Source: Octopus sinensis (Eukaryota). Taken from it: a DNA stretch of 64,000 bases. Position 1 is the stretch's first letter; every line of letters begins with the position of its first letter. Position numbers and translations under genes: made by a program. The DNA lies in the NCBI RefSeq assembly GCF_006345805.1, contig NC_042997.1, forward strand, positions 87,792,001 to 87,856,000, in the 5' to 3' direction. Below the pieces are notes generated by a model, which saw only the letters and a program-made list of their open reading frames with translations, was not told where the DNA came from and did not search any database. Positions 63,561-64,000 of this stretch are shown here, in pieces.

Positions 63561-64000
63561 GTGAAAAGAAGGAACAGATCAAGGGCCAGGTGAGGCCAAG
63601 AGGGAGTTTATCAGTGTTGTTGTTGATCAACTCTCAAGTGAAATCTGATCCAGCAGACTTATAATCTGAAAGTATTCCAGCTGTGACCATCCTGTCTTTT
63701 TCCTATGTGTGGTGAACCCAGTATCATATTATCCATGTTCATTTTTTTTAAGATAGTTGGATGTGATTTGAAGGATTGTTGGCCACTATTTCTAGCAGAT
63801 TGAACACAATTGCATAGAGATTCCTTTGTTGTTGTTGGTGGTGGTGGTGGATGTAGTTGTGAAAGTAATGCTGACTTTTTTCTTCATTAAATCTTGACCT
63901 TCAAACATTTATATGTTGAAATTGATGGAAGTGATCATCATTGTGTCTTTTTATTGTTACTGATATCCATCATCAATTTACATTCAATCTCCCATATTTG

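Noticed and set aside
62983-63630. Longest ORF in the track (215 aa, F/L/S-rich, membrane-protein-like)
   Set aside because: It is the antisense of a purine-rich low-complexity tract, which lacks stops for compositional reasons, and it starts at a non-ATG codon.

Overview
This is AT-rich, repeat-saturated eukaryotic DNA. The SINE families, the RTE-type tail and the microsatellite density look to me like an octopus (cephalopod) genome; this is recognition from memory, not a search. I could not support any intact host protein-coding gene, so the window is probably intronic or intergenic. Almost all longer ORFs are decayed transposon pieces or translations of microsatellites. DNA transposons identified: a Chapaev3-like element, two DD37D/maT-like mariners, a Tc1, a pogo/Tigger, several DD34D mariner remnants, Helitron fragments and piggyBac-, hAT- and foldback-type MITEs. 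Retroelements identified: RTE, CR1/L2-like and I/Jockey-like LINE fragments, at least three Penelope (GIY-YIG) fragments and several tRNA-headed SINE families. The main result of the hunt is a set of minimal type I hammerhead-ribozyme motifs (CUGANGA...GAAA...UH with closing helices) at six loci from about five unrelated sequence families. They sit in non-coding units arranged as partial tandems with inverted ends, the architecture of Penelope pseudo-LTRs and animal retrozymes. Best cases are 27325-27379 (-) in a ~460-470 bp tandem unit, and 23172-23208 (+) with two further copies on the minus strand. A ~295 bp tRNA-cloverleaf-headed unit with the same tandem/inverted architecture occurs at two loci. 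Hammerheads linked to Penelope elements are known in animals in general; whether these particular families are described or active needs the checks listed. Coordinates were counted by eye and element edges are approximate.
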